Counted from the stretch's first letter, positions 25,268 to 36,725 are shown. The stretch: DNA of 64,000 bases from a bacterium (GCA_965261595.1 CBDHDG010000007.1:416001-480000), one strand, 5' to 3'. The notes: generated by a model not told the origin, from the sequence alone. Numbers and translations are program-made.

Positions 25268-26055
25268 AGGAGACTCCCCAGGTGCTCCTGGCCCATCACC
25301 TCAAGGCGCTCAAGCTGCCCACCTTCGGGAGGGAATACGACAAGGTCGCCCGGCAGTGCGCCGCCGAGGGGGTCGACCCCGTGCGTTTTTTGATGCGCCT
25401 GTCCGAGCTGGAGCTGATTGACCGGGAGCGCCGGATGGTGGAGCGGCGAATCAAGGCGGCGCGCTTCCCGGCGGTCAAGAGCCTGGAGCGCTTCGACTTC
25501 CTGGCTCTGCCCTCCCTCAACAAGACGCTGGTTGTGGAACTGGCGAGGTGTGAGTACATCGAACGGCGCGAGAACGTGATTGCCCTGGGCAACAGCGGCA
25601 CAGGCAAGACCCACATCGCTCTGGGTCTCGGGCTTGCGGCGTATCAGAAGGGGTTGTCCGTCGGCTTCACACCCGCCGCCGCGCTGGTCAACGGGTTGCT
25701 CGAAGCGCGTGACGAAAAGCGTCTGCAGCGCCTTCAGAAGCAACTGGCCGCCTACAAGCTTCTGATCATCGATGAACTGGGCTTCGTGCCCCTGTCCAAG
25801 ACCGGCGCCGAACTGCTGTTCGAGGTCTTCAGCCAGCGCTATGAGCGCGGCTCTATCCTGGCGACGAGCAACCTGCCGTTCGACGAGTGGACCGAGATCT
25901 TCGGCTCCGAGCGGCTGACCGGCGCCCTGCTCGACCGCCTGACGCATCACGTCCACATCCTGGAGATGAACGGCGAAAGCTATCGGCTCAGGCAAAGTAG
26001 GAAACGGCGCTCAAACAAACAAGCAAAGCCTCAAGACTCCGTCCCAATGGAGTGA
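25264..26055 (+). CDS. istB: IS21 helper ATPase IstB
   Basis: GNSGTGKTH, LLIIDELG, TSNLPFDEW, LLDRLTHH, GESYR. Confidence 0.95.
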   Translation: MKETPQVLLAHHLKALKLPTFGREYDKVARQCAAEGVDPVRFLMRLSELELIDRERRMVERRIKAARFPAVKSLERFDFLALPSLNKTLVVELARCEYIERRENVIALGNSGTGKTHIALGLGLAAYQKGLSVGFTPAAALVNGLLEARDEKRLQRLQKQLAAYKLLIIDELGFVPLSKTGAELLFEVFSQRYERGSILATSNLPFDEWTEIFGSERLTGALLDRLTHHVHILEMNGESYRLRQSRKRRSNKQAKPQDSVPME

Positions 26056-26283
26056 GGCCACAACCCAGGAAGGGGGCCCATGGGCCCCCTTCTTCACACA
26101 CCAGGTGGGACACTTGCCGCCACGCCGGTACACTTTTACTCCGCCCTTGACACCGTGTACCGCAACCGCTTGACTCTCCTGCCGCCATCGAATTGCGAAA
26201 GCACTGGGTCGGGGCGACCACGTTCGGACAGGACAACGGACCGCTGCTGGCCCCGGCGCCATCATCACCCCACGACTGAATGC

Positions 26284-26861
26284 TTACCAACAGGGACTCG
26301 CCGAGATGCGCAGGAGTTTTAACGAATCCGCTTTCATTTTGATTACGGACTGCAGAAGGCAGGTTTCGAATGAGATTGGAAATTATGTATATTCTCAATA
26401 ATATCAATAGTATAATAGGATCTCACGGCTGGAAAGAACGGCTTTACGGCTGAATCAAGATGCAAAACGTCGTGAAGAAGGTCCGAAAGCGCAACCAGGA
26501 GGCGGTGGTCTCGGGCGCACAAAGGATCTACGAGGCCCACAGCCGCCGGGCGGCCATCGCCGCCTTTTGGCGATGGGCCAAGCAGTGGCGAGGGCGGGAG
26601 CCCAAGGCGGTGGCGTGCATCGAGAGCGACCTCGAGACGTTGTTGGCCCACTTCCAAGAGCCCCCGCCCTTCGGGTCACCCTGCGCACGATAAACCCCAT
26701 TGAGCGGGTCTTTCGGGAGGTGAGACGAAGAACCAGACCCATGACCGTCATGAACAACAACGAGTCCCTGGAACGCGTCGCCTACAGCGTGTTCCACCGC
26801 ATTAACACCTAGTGGGAGACAAACCCTCTCTGCACTTCTACACAAAACTCGTGACATTACC
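26284..26861 (+). repeat. 578-bp repeat copy A (IS-like end + AT-rich segment + frameshifted IS256 3' fragment and IR)
   Basis: Reverse complement of 44036..44613 with about 3 mismatches seen; RTINPIERVFREVRRRT; end CTACACAAAACTCGTGACATTACC. Confidence 0.93.
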
Positions 26862-29617
26862 ACTTACGGCCGCCCGTCTAGGAGATCTGGATGCGGCGGA
26901 AGAAGCACTCGCCAAGATGGAAGCTCTGTATGCCGAGACCTTTGCATGGAGTGGGGTCGCTGATTGGGTTCGACAGCTTTTGAAATCAATGGTATTTCAC
27001 TCGCGAGCCGCCGTATTGGATTCGCGAGGTCGATTGCTGGAAGCGGAGGATCTGCATCGGCAAGCCATTTCGGCCTGGGCCGATTATAGAAAGTGGCCCT
27101 CGGGTGACATAGAGGGTTACATGGATATTAAGATTCAAAGCCTCTTCGCCTCTGACGCTCTTCGTGGGTTGTCCGGTAACCTCCGCCGCCAGGGCCGCCT
27201 TGTTGAAGCTGAGATCGCGGCGTGAAAGGCGGTGCGCGGCGCGCTGCGCTCTCATGGGCGCAATTCCGTGTTCACGGCCTTCACGGTGTCGTTTTTGAAT
27301 CGCGTCATCTTTGAGGAAGGACGCTTTGCCGAGGCCGAAACCCTCGCCCGGGCCAGTCTCGATATGTTCCGCACAGCGGGAGCGTCCCCGGGATCCTTCT
27401 CTCAAGCTTTGGCCCGAAACTTATTGGCCGACGCACTAGTGGCGCAGGGCCGCTGGGAGGGGGCCTTGAAAGAGTACGAGATCATCCGGAAGGGCATGGC
27501 CGGTTACCCGAAGACTTATCGGAGGCGGCTGGGCGGCAATCTCAACTGGGCGCTAGCTCTGGTAGTGACCGGCCGAGCCGACGAGGCATTGGAGATCGTC
27601 CAGACCGCCGTTGAGCGGAATACGCGTCTTCTGGGCGAAAGCCATTACACCACCGCCGAGGCGCGCGGTTTCCTCGGGATGGCGTACGCCGCGAAGGGCG
27701 ACCGAAGGAAGGCGCTTTCCGAGTTTGCCCAGGCCGTCCCCATCCTCATTAGCCATCCCGGTCGGGCGGATGACGAGGGGACGACAATCGGGGCGCGGGA
27801 CCAGCGGCTCAGACTGATCCTCGAAAGCTACATCGATTTGCTATCAAAAATTCGAGGAACCCCGCTCGAAGTCGAGAAGGGGGTGGACGCGGCGGCCGAG
27901 TCCTTCCGTGTGGCGGACGTGGCCCGCGGCCGGAACGTCCAGCGAGCCCTGGCGGCCAGCCGCGCCCGTGCGGGGGCCCGGGACCCCGGGTTGGCCGACT
28001 TGATCCGGCGGGCGCAGGACGCCCAAAGACAGATCAGCGCATTTAACACCCTGCTCTCCAACGCACTGGGCATCCCGACCGATAAACAAAACCCCAAGGC
28101 CATCAAATCCTTGAGGGCCAATATCGGCCAGCTGCGCGGTGCGCGGACCACCCTGAGGGAGGAGATCGGGCGGCGGTTTCCCAAGTACGCCGACTTGATC
28201 AATCCGAAGCCCGCGACGGTGGGGCAGGCCCGTGGGGCGCTGCGGACCGGGGAGGCCTTGATTGCCACGTATGTCGGCCGGAACCGAACGTATGTCTGGG
28301 CCATCCCGCATCGGGGCAAGGTCGCCTTCTCGGCCGCGCCGCTGGATCAGAAGAAGGTGGCGGAAGTTGTGGCCGGGCTCCGGAAGTCCCTTGACCCCAA
28401 GGCGAAGACGCTGGGAGACATCCCGGAATTCAACGTCGCCCTGGCCTACAAGCTCTACCGGGACTTGTTGTGGCCCGTGAGGGCGGGCTGGGAAGGGGCA
28501 AGGAGCCTTCTCATCGTTGCGCACGGCGCGCTGGGGCAATTGCCGTTCTCGCTTCTTCCGACCGACCCGGTGGAATTGAAGGGGGACGGGAAAGGCCGTT
28601 CGGGGGCCGGCGGCCTGAAGCGCAGGGGCGTCTCGGTCGTTCCCTACCGGCCGCCGAAGCTCGCTCGGGAGAAGGGCGTTTTGTTCTCCAGCTACCGTTC
28701 GATACCCTGGCTGATCCGCCGGGCGACGGTGACGCGGTTTCCCTCGGTGGCCTCACTGCTGACGTTGCGGAGCGCAGCCGCGCCGCGGGCGAACAGGCGT
28801 GCCTTTGTGGGGTTTGGCGAGCCTTATTTCAGTGAGTCGCAGGCGAAGGCGGCGTCCCAGGTGAAGCAGGTCGTGCGGGTCGCCTCGCTTTCGGGGCGCG
28901 GCGGCAGGACGCTAAAGGTCCGGGGTTTCCCGGTCTTATTGCGGGCGGCGCCCGCATTGGAGGGCGTGGATTCGAGCGAGCTGGCGCGCCTTCCCCGCCT
29001 GCCCGAGACGGCGGAAGAGGTCCGCGGCATCGCCCGGGCGCTGAAGGCGGATTTGGCGAAGGACGTGTTCCTGGGGGCGGCGGCGAACGAACATCAGGTG
29101 AAGAGCATGGACCTGTCGGACCGGCGGGTGGTGGTGTTCGCGACGCACGGCTTAGTGCCCGGGGATTTGAACGGTCTGACACAACCGGCGTTGGCGCTTT
29201 CATCTCCGAAGGTGTGGGACGAAGGGGGACGGCCTGCTCACGATGGGCGAAATCCTGGGGCTGCGGCTGGATGCCGACTGGGTGGTGTTGTCGGCTTGCA
29301 ACACGGCGAGCGGCCGGGGGGCCGGGGCCGAGGCGGTGTCAGGGCTGGGCCGGGCGTTCTTTTATGCCGGCACGCGCGCGGTGCTGGTGAGCAACTGGCC
29401 GGTGGAGACGACGTCGGCCAAAGCACTGACGATGGAGTTCTTCCGGGGCCAGCCCGGGGGGCGGAAGGCGTCGCGGGCCGAGTCGCTTCGCCGGGCCATG
29501 CTGGGGCTGATCGACGGGAAGGGGTTTGTGGACCGGGTCACGGGACAGAGCATCTATTCCTACGCCCACCCGATCTTCTGGGCGCCGTTCTCTCTGGTCG
29601 GGGACGGGGGAAAGTGA
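26862..29617 (+). pseudogene. TPR + CHAT (caspase-like) protease; 5'-truncated, nonsense at 27223, frameshift near 29220
   Basis: TPR-like helices; HGALGQLPF, RLPET, FATHGL (His), VVLSACNT (Cys), HPIFWAPF. Confidence 0.9.
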
Positions 29618-29776
29618 TGAGTGGCCGGCGGTAACGCGAAACCGCGACATTCTTCCCGAGAGCCAGTTGACCCACACTCACAATGACGGCTCGGGTGACC
29701 CGGCGCTCGCTAACGCGTGAGTCCGTGGTTGCTCCTACGACGGGATGCGGCATTCGTCTTTGTCCAACAAAATTGC

Positions 29777-29881
29777 TTCTTGCGAAAGAGGGCGGCCCTA
29801 AAGGGCCGCCCTCTTTCGCCAAATGAAGGTAGGGCGGCCATCTTGGCTGCCTTCCAATGGCGGGCTGGAAGCCCGCCCTAC
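29777..29881. repeat. Palindromic repeat plus GTAG-type REP-like pair
   Basis: GCGAAAGAGGGCGGCCC-TAAA-GGGCCGCCCTCTTTCGC hairpin (related copy at 34236); GTAGGGCGG...CCCGCCCTAC. Confidence 0.65.
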
Positions 29882-30741
29882 TTCAACCTTTTTTCGAAAA
29901 ACGCCAGCGTCCGCGTCCAGGCGTCCTTGGCGGCCGCGGCGTTGTAGCGGGCCGCCGCCGTGTCGTTATGGAAGGCGTGTTGAACGCCCGGGTACGTCTT
30001 CATCTCGTACGTCACCCCCGCCTTGTCCAGCGCCGCTTTGTAGGCCGGGACGCCCCGGTTGACCCACCCGTCCTTCTCCGCGTAGATGAGGAGCAGGTGC
30101 GCCTTGATCCTCGGGACGGCCGAGAGCGGCGGGACCGGGCCGTAGAACGCGGCGGCGGCCCGGAGTCCGGGCGCGGCGGTGGCGAGACGGTTGGTCATCC
30201 CGCCTCCCCAGCAGAACCCGACGACGCCGATGCGCTCGCCCCGGACGTCCGCCCGGCCTTCGAGGTCAGCGAGCACCGCCTTCAGGTCCGCGACGGTGTC
30301 GGGGCGCTTGAGCGTCCGGATGGCGGCGATGGCATCGCTTTGAACGGGGGGCGTTCCGCCGTTACGCGAGAGGAGGTCGGGCGCGACGGCGTGATAACCG
30401 GCCAGGGCCGCGCGGCGGGCGACGTCCCGGATGTGGTCGTTGAGGCCCCGGTTTTCATGGATGACGAGGACGGCGGGAAGCTTCTGGCGCCCGGCGGCCT
30501 TCGCTCTGGCCCGGTAAGCGCTGATCGGACCCGCCGGGCCGGGGATCTTGACCGTTCGGGTCGCAAGCCGGGCGTCATCCGGAGAGACCATGGCGGCCTC
30601 GGGGTCTCCTTCGAGGAGCGGAAGGATCGCGACGGCCGAGGCCGTTCCCCCGGCGAGCCGGGCCAGGCGGCGGATGAACGCCCGGCGGTCCATCGGCGTG
30701 TGGCGGTACTTGTGATAGAGGTCGAAGATTGCCTGGTCCAT
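29878..30741 (-). CDS. Dienelactone hydrolase family protein (YghX-like)
   Basis: HENRGLN, GFCWGG, HAFHNDT; DRRAF N-terminal motif. Confidence 0.92.
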   Translation of the reverse strand: MDQAIFDLYHKYRHTPMDRRAFIRRLARLAGGTASAVAILPLLEGDPEAAMVSPDDARLATRTVKIPGPAGPISAYRARAKAAGRQKLPAVLVIHENRGLNDHIRDVARRAALAGYHAVAPDLLSRNGGTPPVQSDAIAAIRTLKRPDTVADLKAVLADLEGRADVRGERIGVVGFCWGGGMTNRLATAAPGLRAAAAFYGPVPPLSAVPRIKAHLLLIYAEKDGWVNRGVPAYKAALDKAGVTYEMKTYPGVQHAFHNDTAAARYNAAAAKDAWTRTLAFFEKRLK

Positions 30742-30808
30742 ACAATCCTCCTTTCGCGGCAACCGGTTGGTGGATCTCCGCCCGTTCGGCAATTCCTCCG
30801 GGGCGTCC

Positions 30809-32014
30809 TCAAAGGGCGTCGGAAACAAGAAGAAGAATCCCCGAGTATTGGTGGAGATGCGTCTTGCCTTGGATGGGGGCGATTTCCGACCCCGTGAAGA
30901 ACCCCGCCACGGGAACGCCTTTCAGCGATTCCCTCAGGGTGCGGGAATCGACGTCCGGCTCCCCGTAGAGGCCGCGGCCGCGCGCCATGCAGTTGAAGTA
31001 GAGGCCGAAGGATGCATCCGGACGGTCCCGCTGAAGGTCGGAGGACATCCGCATCAGGTCTTCCCGGGCGCCGGCCGGCTCGCGAAGGGCGAACGTGAGG
31101 AGCTGGCCCGTTTTGGCTTCGCCGGAGATGGCGATGGCCCCGGAGTCGGGATCGACGCCCATGATGTTCCGGACCAGGTATTGTCCCCGTTCGATCTCGT
31201 CCTGGTCCGGCTGCATGGGCAGGCCCACGAAAACCGACGTGACCGCACGCCGGAGGTTCGCCGCCAATTCCTCGCCCGCCGCCTCTTTGAACAACTCCAA
31301 GGCCGGCCGGCCCCCCAATTCATAGATAACGTTCTCCTCCGCCCGAGTCACCACCCGGGGCTCGCCCAGTGGGCGGCACGCCTGCGTCATCCGCATGTCC
31401 AAGGACACGGCCCCGGTCATGAGCATCCCGACCACCGCGTTGGATTCGATGTTCTTTCCATAGAACTGATACGTCCGGCCCTGGGAGCCGTCCTCCGAGG
31501 CCCCCCCGCCGAACAGCGGGACCCCTCCGGTTTCCCTATCGAGCGATGCGAAAAAACGGGTCGGATGAAGGTGGTAGGTGTCGGGCAGGAGGAGGATTGC
31601 GGCGTTCCCGGGGCGGCCGGACCGGGGCAGGTGCGGCCGGATTTTCCCGGCGATGGCCAGGGCGGCCTCATCGGGCCGGCTGTGGAGGGGCCGCTCCAGA
31701 AACGGGAACACCTCAAGGGACGGGGAAGAAACCGCCAGGACGGCGATTCCCGGGGCGTCCTCGATCTCGCCCTCCTCTGTCAGCACGCCGTGCCCGCTGC
31801 ATCCGACGATCTTTTCCGCGCCGGTCTTGGCGGAGATGGTCTCAAGCATCGGTCCGAACGCGGGGAAGTGATGAACCGTCGCGAAGACCACCGCCCAATC
31901 GGCCCGGCCGCCGCCCATCCGGGCCATCGCCCGGCCGGCGGCTTCCTCCGTCGCGTGAATCGTCTCGGCGTCCCCCGACAAGCCGCTGCCGGCGGAAGTG
32001 GCGCCTTCCGGCAT
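30809..32014 (-). CDS. FIST N/C-domain signal transduction protein
   Basis: VGCSGHG, GGGAS, TQACRP.G, ELGGRPA, FNCMARG, GFFTGSEI. Confidence 0.9.
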   Translation of the reverse strand: MPEGATSAGSGLSGDAETIHATEEAAGRAMARMGGGRADWAVVFATVHHFPAFGPMLETISAKTGAEKIVGCSGHGVLTEEGEIEDAPGIAVLAVSSPSLEVFPFLERPLHSRPDEAALAIAGKIRPHLPRSGRPGNAAILLLPDTYHLHPTRFFASLDRETGGVPLFGGGASEDGSQGRTYQFYGKNIESNAVVGMLMTGAVSLDMRMTQACRPLGEPRVVTRAEENVIYELGGRPALELFKEAAGEELAANLRRAVTSVFVGLPMQPDQDEIERGQYLVRNIMGVDPDSGAIAISGEAKTGQLLTFALREPAGAREDLMRMSSDLQRDRPDASFGLYFNCMARGRGLYGEPDVDSRTLRESLKGVPVAGFFTGSEIAPIQGKTHLHQYSGILLLVSDAL

Positions 32015-32213
32015 GGCGCGCCCCCCTTCGATGAGAAAGAATGCTATTTCTATCCTACACACGGCGCCGGAAGGCGTAAACCGCTATCGATGGGCGCCGC
32101 CCGGATCGGACCGGGGGCGGTCCGGACGCCGGACGAAAACGATCGGGGTTCTTGACAGAAAACGCCGTCTCCAAGAAACTGGATGAAAGGGGATTCCGCA
32201 TTCAGCCCTCCGG

Positions 32214-34163
32214 GTGGATGGACCGGCTGAAATCGCAATCTCCGCGATGCGGGCGTTTGCCCGTCCGTCTTATCAATGCCATCCAGAAACGGAGAAGCGG
32301 GCCGTGTGGAGCGATTCGACCAAAGAGGAACGGACACCCCAAGACCATCGGTATCGGCAGTGCCGGGCTGACTTGAGCGCCGGAAGCTTCCGGGAAGAGA
32401 TCAAGAGCTGCGAGGACCTCGAGGACATGCTGGGCGGCATCGGCCGGTCCTTCAAGCTGCTTCAGGATTACGACGTGGAGGACCCCTACGCCCCTGAGTC
32501 CCCCCTCGTGATGAACCTGGGGCTTTTCACGGGGTCGGATGTCATGACGGGCCTGCGGGCGTTCTTCAGCGCCTACAGCCCTTTGAAGACCTCGAAATCG
32601 GGCCTGCCCTCAGCCATGTGGAGCGCGGTCTCAGGCAAGTTCGGCACCAAGCTGGCCTGCGCCGGCGTGGACGAGGTCATCTTCACGGGCCGGTGTGAAA
32701 AGTGGAGCTATCTCCTTATCGAGGGAGACCGGGACACCCGCACGTACACCCTGCACGACGCCTCCGAGCTTCTGGGGATGACCACCCACGAGAAGATCCT
32801 GTGGTTCGCCGATCACTATGACGACGCGCACTTCGCCGTCCTCGGAGCCTCCGGAGAGAATTGGCGGGGGAACCGGTTCGCCGGGATCGCGTGCAGCACG
32901 GTGAATCAGATCAAGTCGCGCCAAGCGAAGCCCCGTTTCGCGGGACGCGGGGGCATGGGAAACCTGATGGGGTCGAAGAACCTCCTCGCCATCGCGGCCA
33001 AGGCCCCCGATCCCAAGGGCCGGGTGTCCCCGGTCATCAAGATCGTCAACGTCGAGGTCTCCCGGGGGGACGGCTCGCGCAACTACCGGGACAAGCGCAA
33101 GCAAAACGGCGGGGGCGGCACCTGGCGGAACTATCCGCCTCTGCACAAGGCCGGCATCCTGCCCGAGAACAACTTCATGCCGAAAGGGACGGAAGACCCC
33201 GTCCCACAATTCCGCGACAGCTTCGAGGAGAACTACTACGTCAAGGACGAGTCCTGCTTCAAGTGCGGGATCGCGTGTCACAAAAACGTCTACGACGCCG
33301 TCGAGGAAAACGGCAAGCGGAAGCCCGGAAAGTTTCACGTCAAGCTCGATTACGAGCCCCTCAATCTCATGACGACCAACATCGGCATCTACGACCAGGC
33401 GCAGACGCTGGAGCTTGTGGAGTTGGCCGACGACACGGGGTTCGACTCCATCAGCCTGGGCGTCGTCCTGGGCTACGCCATGGAGTACAACGAGCGGCGC
33501 GACCGGGGCGAGCCGGGAGAGAAGATCCTGGGCGGCATCCGGTTCGGCGATTTCGAGGGGACCATGAACCTCATCCGCCGGTGCGCCGAGGGGCAGGAGC
33601 CGGACCTCGGCCAGGGCGTAATGCGGCTGTCCGAATCGCTCGGCGAGACCGGCTACGCCATGCACTGCAAGGGGGTCGAGCTCCCCGCCTACCTGCCCGA
33701 GACCAACCCCGGCTACCCCTTCGCCCTCGCCGGCGGCCACATGTCCATGCGGACGTTTCTCTTCCTGGTCTTCGAGGAGGAAACCTCCCTGGACTACTGG
33801 GAGGACGCCATCCTGAACCGGGGGATTCACTACACCCGCGACGACCTGATCGGCACCTGCAAGTTCGCCGGAACGCCCGACTCGTTCTTCCTGGACGCCA
33901 TCCGGGACATCACGGGCGTGCCCACAACCGAGACCGAGATCAAGGACGCGGTCATGCGGACGTACCTGCGCGGACTGCTCCTGGAGAGGAAGCAGGGCTT
34001 CACGGACGAGGATTACGTCCTGCCCGCCCGGGTGTACGAGCGCCAGGAGCACATCAAGGTCCCGCAATTCATCACGCCGGAGTTCTGGACCGAGCTGCGC
34101 GCGCGTGTCTTGAAGGGGCTTGATAAACGGTTGGAAGAGTATGGGATGGTGACGTCGGTGTAA
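32214..34163 (+). CDS. Aldehyde:ferredoxin oxidoreductase family (tungstopterin) enzyme; start may be 32247
   Basis: SPL, GRGGMGNLMGSKNL, CFKCGIAC, GFDSISLG, KGVELPAY.P. Confidence 0.9.
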   Translation: MDGPAEIAISAMRAFARPSYQCHPETEKRAVWSDSTKEERTPQDHRYRQCRADLSAGSFREEIKSCEDLEDMLGGIGRSFKLLQDYDVEDPYAPESPLVMNLGLFTGSDVMTGLRAFFSAYSPLKTSKSGLPSAMWSAVSGKFGTKLACAGVDEVIFTGRCEKWSYLLIEGDRDTRTYTLHDASELLGMTTHEKILWFADHYDDAHFAVLGASGENWRGNRFAGIACSTVNQIKSRQAKPRFAGRGGMGNLMGSKNLLAIAAKAPDPKGRVSPVIKIVNVEVSRGDGSRNYRDKRKQNGGGGTWRNYPPLHKAGILPENNFMPKGTEDPVPQFRDSFEENYYVKDESCFKCGIACHKNVYDAVEENGKRKPGKFHVKLDYEPLNLMTTNIGIYDQAQTLELVELADDTGFDSISLGVVLGYAMEYNERRDRGEPGEKILGGIRFGDFEGTMNLIRRCAEGQEPDLGQGVMRLSESLGETGYAMHCKGVELPAYLPETNPGYPFALAGGHMSMRTFLFLVFEEETSLDYWEDAILNRGIHYTRDDLIGTCKFAGTPDSFFLDAIRDITGVPTTETEIKDAVMRTYLRGLLLERKQGFTDEDYVLPARVYERQEHIKVPQFITPEFWTELRARVLKGLDKRLEEYGMVTSV

Positions 34164-34235
34164 GGCGGAACCCGCGCGGGGGCGCTTCCTTCGGCATCAC
34201 TCAGGACAAGCCTTGCCCCCCCCCCCGAAAAACTG

Positions 34236-34287
34236 TCATTTGGTGAAAGAGGGCGGCGCCGGAAGGCGCCGCCCTCTTTCGCAAGAA
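34236..34287. repeat. Palindromic repeat, inverted relative of 29777..29826; possible terminator
   Basis: GAAAGAGGGCGGCGCC-GGAA-GGCGCCGCCCTCTTTC with shared flanks. Confidence 0.65.
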
Positions 34288-34901
34288 ACTGATGCGGAGC
34301 CTTGCGCCCGTCGGGCGATAAGAAGAATCGGTTTGTGAGACTCCCGTCCTACACCTTCCGCAACGGTCTTTCGCGGCGGCCGGGGATCAACAGCCGGAAG
34401 GCGGTCAGGGCCCCCAGACCCACCAGATGGAACAAGCGAAGCGTGCAGAACCAGATCCGCCGGCCCTTGCGGTAAGAAGGATAGATCTGCTTCCTCACGT
34501 TGTCCCGCGGGAAACTGGCTTCCCACAGAAAAGCGACACGGTCGGGAAACCTGGCGATGGTCGGGAGGAGGAGCAGATTGGCGAGCGGTCCAATGTCGAG
34601 TTGGCGCGCGAGGCGGACGAGAATCAAATTTTCGAGACGGCGGCGCGGCGCGGCGGCGCGGTATGTCCTCCAGCGCATGAACGGCCGCCGCTCCCTGGAA
34701 CAAATCGGCCGGGAGCTTTGTCTAAAATATCCGGAAGTCTGCGACGACCCGAAGACGGCGTTCCGGAAGGTTCTGGACCTCACGGGAGACCTGTTGGAGT
34801 AAAATAACATTACGCGGGAACCCGGGAGAACGGCATCCGAGGAACGTTTGTCTGATCGCCTGAAAGGTTCATTCCACATTTCGGAAGGATCAAATCTTTC
34901 C

Positions 34902-35894
34902 ATGCCTCCGGCCCTTTCAAACCGTTCGAGCGCCGGGACCCGCGCCCGGAAGGTCCTTTGCGCCATCGTTGTGTTCCTATCCATTCCGTCTATCGGCGGG
35001 CCGCCGTCCGGCGGGCGCGCCGGAGAGGCGTCGGCCCAATCGCTGTCCGACGAGATCCTGAATATGGTCATACGCGCCCAGAAATTTTTTCTGGGCGAGC
35101 GCCCGTGCGGCGTCCGACTCGGCGTGAGAGGGGAGGCCTGGCAAGGGCTGGCCGGGGGGATCGAAAGCCGGGTCCTCCACGTTACGCCGGTCGAAGGGGA
35201 AGCCGCTTTCGATCTGCTCCTTATTCGCGTCGACCCGAAGGAGATCGCCATCCGGGGGTTGTTGTCCGAGACCTTCGGACAAAAGGCGTCGACCGCGGCG
35301 GATTTTGCCAAGCAATCGGGCGCCCTCGTGGTCACCAACGCCGGGTACTACGACAAGGCGCTGCGGCCTTTGGGCTTATTGATCGTCGATGGGAAGCGAA
35401 GAAGGTCCTTTGTCAGTCTCCGGGGCCGGCCGAGCGACGCCCTGTATAACGGGGTGTTCCTGGTGAAGGGGGGGAGACCCGCCATCCGGCGCAACAAGGA
35501 TTACCGGCCCGGAGGCGAGGAGTTGGCGGTCCAGGCGGGACCGCTTCTTATCGCGGAGGGAAAGCCCGCCGCCTCCCTGCGGGGCCTTCGGGATTCGAAG
35601 CGGCTGGACGGCCGGCTGATCCTGTCGCTGGACGGCCGGGGACGCGTTGTGATTTGGGTGACGGCCTCGCCGCTGGGCGGGATGAACTGGTGTGAGCTGC
35701 GCGACGTGATGCTTCAATACGCCGGCCTGGAAGGCGGAGCGAAAAGCGGAAAAGCGGAAATACGCTGGGCGTTGAATCTGGACGGAGGCGCCTCCGCCCA
35801 GCTCTATGTCCGAAAGAACGGCCTCAAGAGAAATCCGCCCCGGGTCAACGGCAACCCCGTGCCCGTCGCTCTCGGGTTCTTCTCCCGCAAGTGA
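34902..35894 (+). CDS. Phosphodiester glycosidase (NAGPA/DUF2233-like) exported protein
   Basis: NAGYYD, QAGPLL, ALNLDGGAS motifs; N-terminal hydrophobic segment. Confidence 0.85.
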   Translation: MPPALSNRSSAGTRARKVLCAIVVFLSIPSIGGPPSGGRAGEASAQSLSDEILNMVIRAQKFFLGERPCGVRLGVRGEAWQGLAGGIESRVLHVTPVEGEAAFDLLLIRVDPKEIAIRGLLSETFGQKASTAADFAKQSGALVVTNAGYYDKALRPLGLLIVDGKRRRSFVSLRGRPSDALYNGVFLVKGGRPAIRRNKDYRPGGEELAVQAGPLLIAEGKPAASLRGLRDSKRLDGRLILSLDGRGRVVIWVTASPLGGMNWCELRDVMLQYAGLEGGAKSGKAEIRWALNLDGGASAQLYVRKNGLKRNPPRVNGNPVPVALGFFSRK

Positions 35895-35933
35895 ACCGTG
35901 AATGCGCGCGGGGGGGGAGGGGAGGATGAACCC

Positions 35934-36725
35934 CTATCGGCCTTGGAACCGGGGTTTCCGGCGGGTCTTCCGGGCGCGCGCGGCCTCCTGGGCGTCCCGG
36001 CTGGCGTAGAGGGGGCCTGCCGCCAGGGCCTCCAGCTCGATTCCGGCCTCGACGTCCATGGCGTAGGCGCGGGTGATGACGCGCTTGGCCAGGCCGATCC
36101 CCAGCGGCCCCCCCTGGAGGAGCTCTTCGGCGAACCGTCTCGCGGCCCGGCCGAGGTCCTTCGCGGGGACGACGCGGTTGACCAGGCCGATGCGGTGGGC
36201 CTCCTCCGCCGGGATCAGGTTCCCTGTGAGGATCATTTCCTTAGCCCGGCCGATGCCCACGTTGCGGGCCAGCCGGACGCATCCGCCCCCGTCGGGCATG
36301 ACGCCCACGCGCGTTTCGACCAGGCCCATCCGGACGCCCCCGGCCGCGATCCGGACGTCGCAGGCCAGGGCGATCTCAAGCCCGGCGCCGACCGCGACGC
36401 CGTTGAGGGCCGCCACCATCGGCTTCTCGATCTGCTCGAAGGCGTTGAACGTCGTGTTGATCCTCCGGAGGGCGCGCCGCATCCCGGCGGCGGTCTCCTT
36501 TTGGAACGTCTTCAGGCAGGACAGATCCAATCCCGAGCAGAACGCCCGGCCGGCCCCGGTGACGATGACCGCGCGGACGGTCTTCCGCGTGGCCGCCCGC
36601 TCCAGGGCCGCGTCGATCTCCTCCAGGGATTCCATCAGGAGGGCGTTGAGCCGGTCGGGGCGGTTCAGGGTGAGCGTCAACAGCCCTTTGCTCTCTCTGA
36701 GGGTGATGGATTTGAAATCCGCCAT
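35934..36725 (-). CDS. Enoyl-CoA hydratase/isomerase
   Basis: LNRPDRLNAL, FCSGLDL, AALNGVAVGAGLEIALACD. Confidence 0.95.
   Translation of the reverse strand: MADFKSITLRESKGLLTLTLNRPDRLNALLMESLEEIDAALERAATRKTVRAVIVTGAGRAFCSGLDLSCLKTFQKETAAGMRRALRRINTTFNAFEQIEKPMVAALNGVAVGAGLEIALACDVRIAAGGVRMGLVETRVGVMPDGGGCVRLARNVGIGRAKEMILTGNLIPAEEAHRIGLVNRVVPAKDLGRAARRFAEELLQGGPLGIGLAKRVITRAYAMDVEAGIELEALAAGPLYASRDAQEAARARKTRRKPRFQGR

Larger units (their letters stand above)
22231..26152 (+). mobile_element. IS21-family element interrupted by IS-A copy 3
   Basis: IRs TGTAAACGGCGGTGTAAAACTGT/ACACTTTTACTCCGCCCTTGACA; istA/istB pair; no TSD evident. Confidence 0.92.

Noticed and set aside
26862..29617. CRISPR-associated Craspase or gasdermin-activating system
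   Set aside because: No Cas7-11, array or gasdermin-like partner in the window
34349..34807. Short ORFs between AOR and the NAGPA-like gene
   Set aside because: Possibly gene fragments, but no start/RBS or family could be supported
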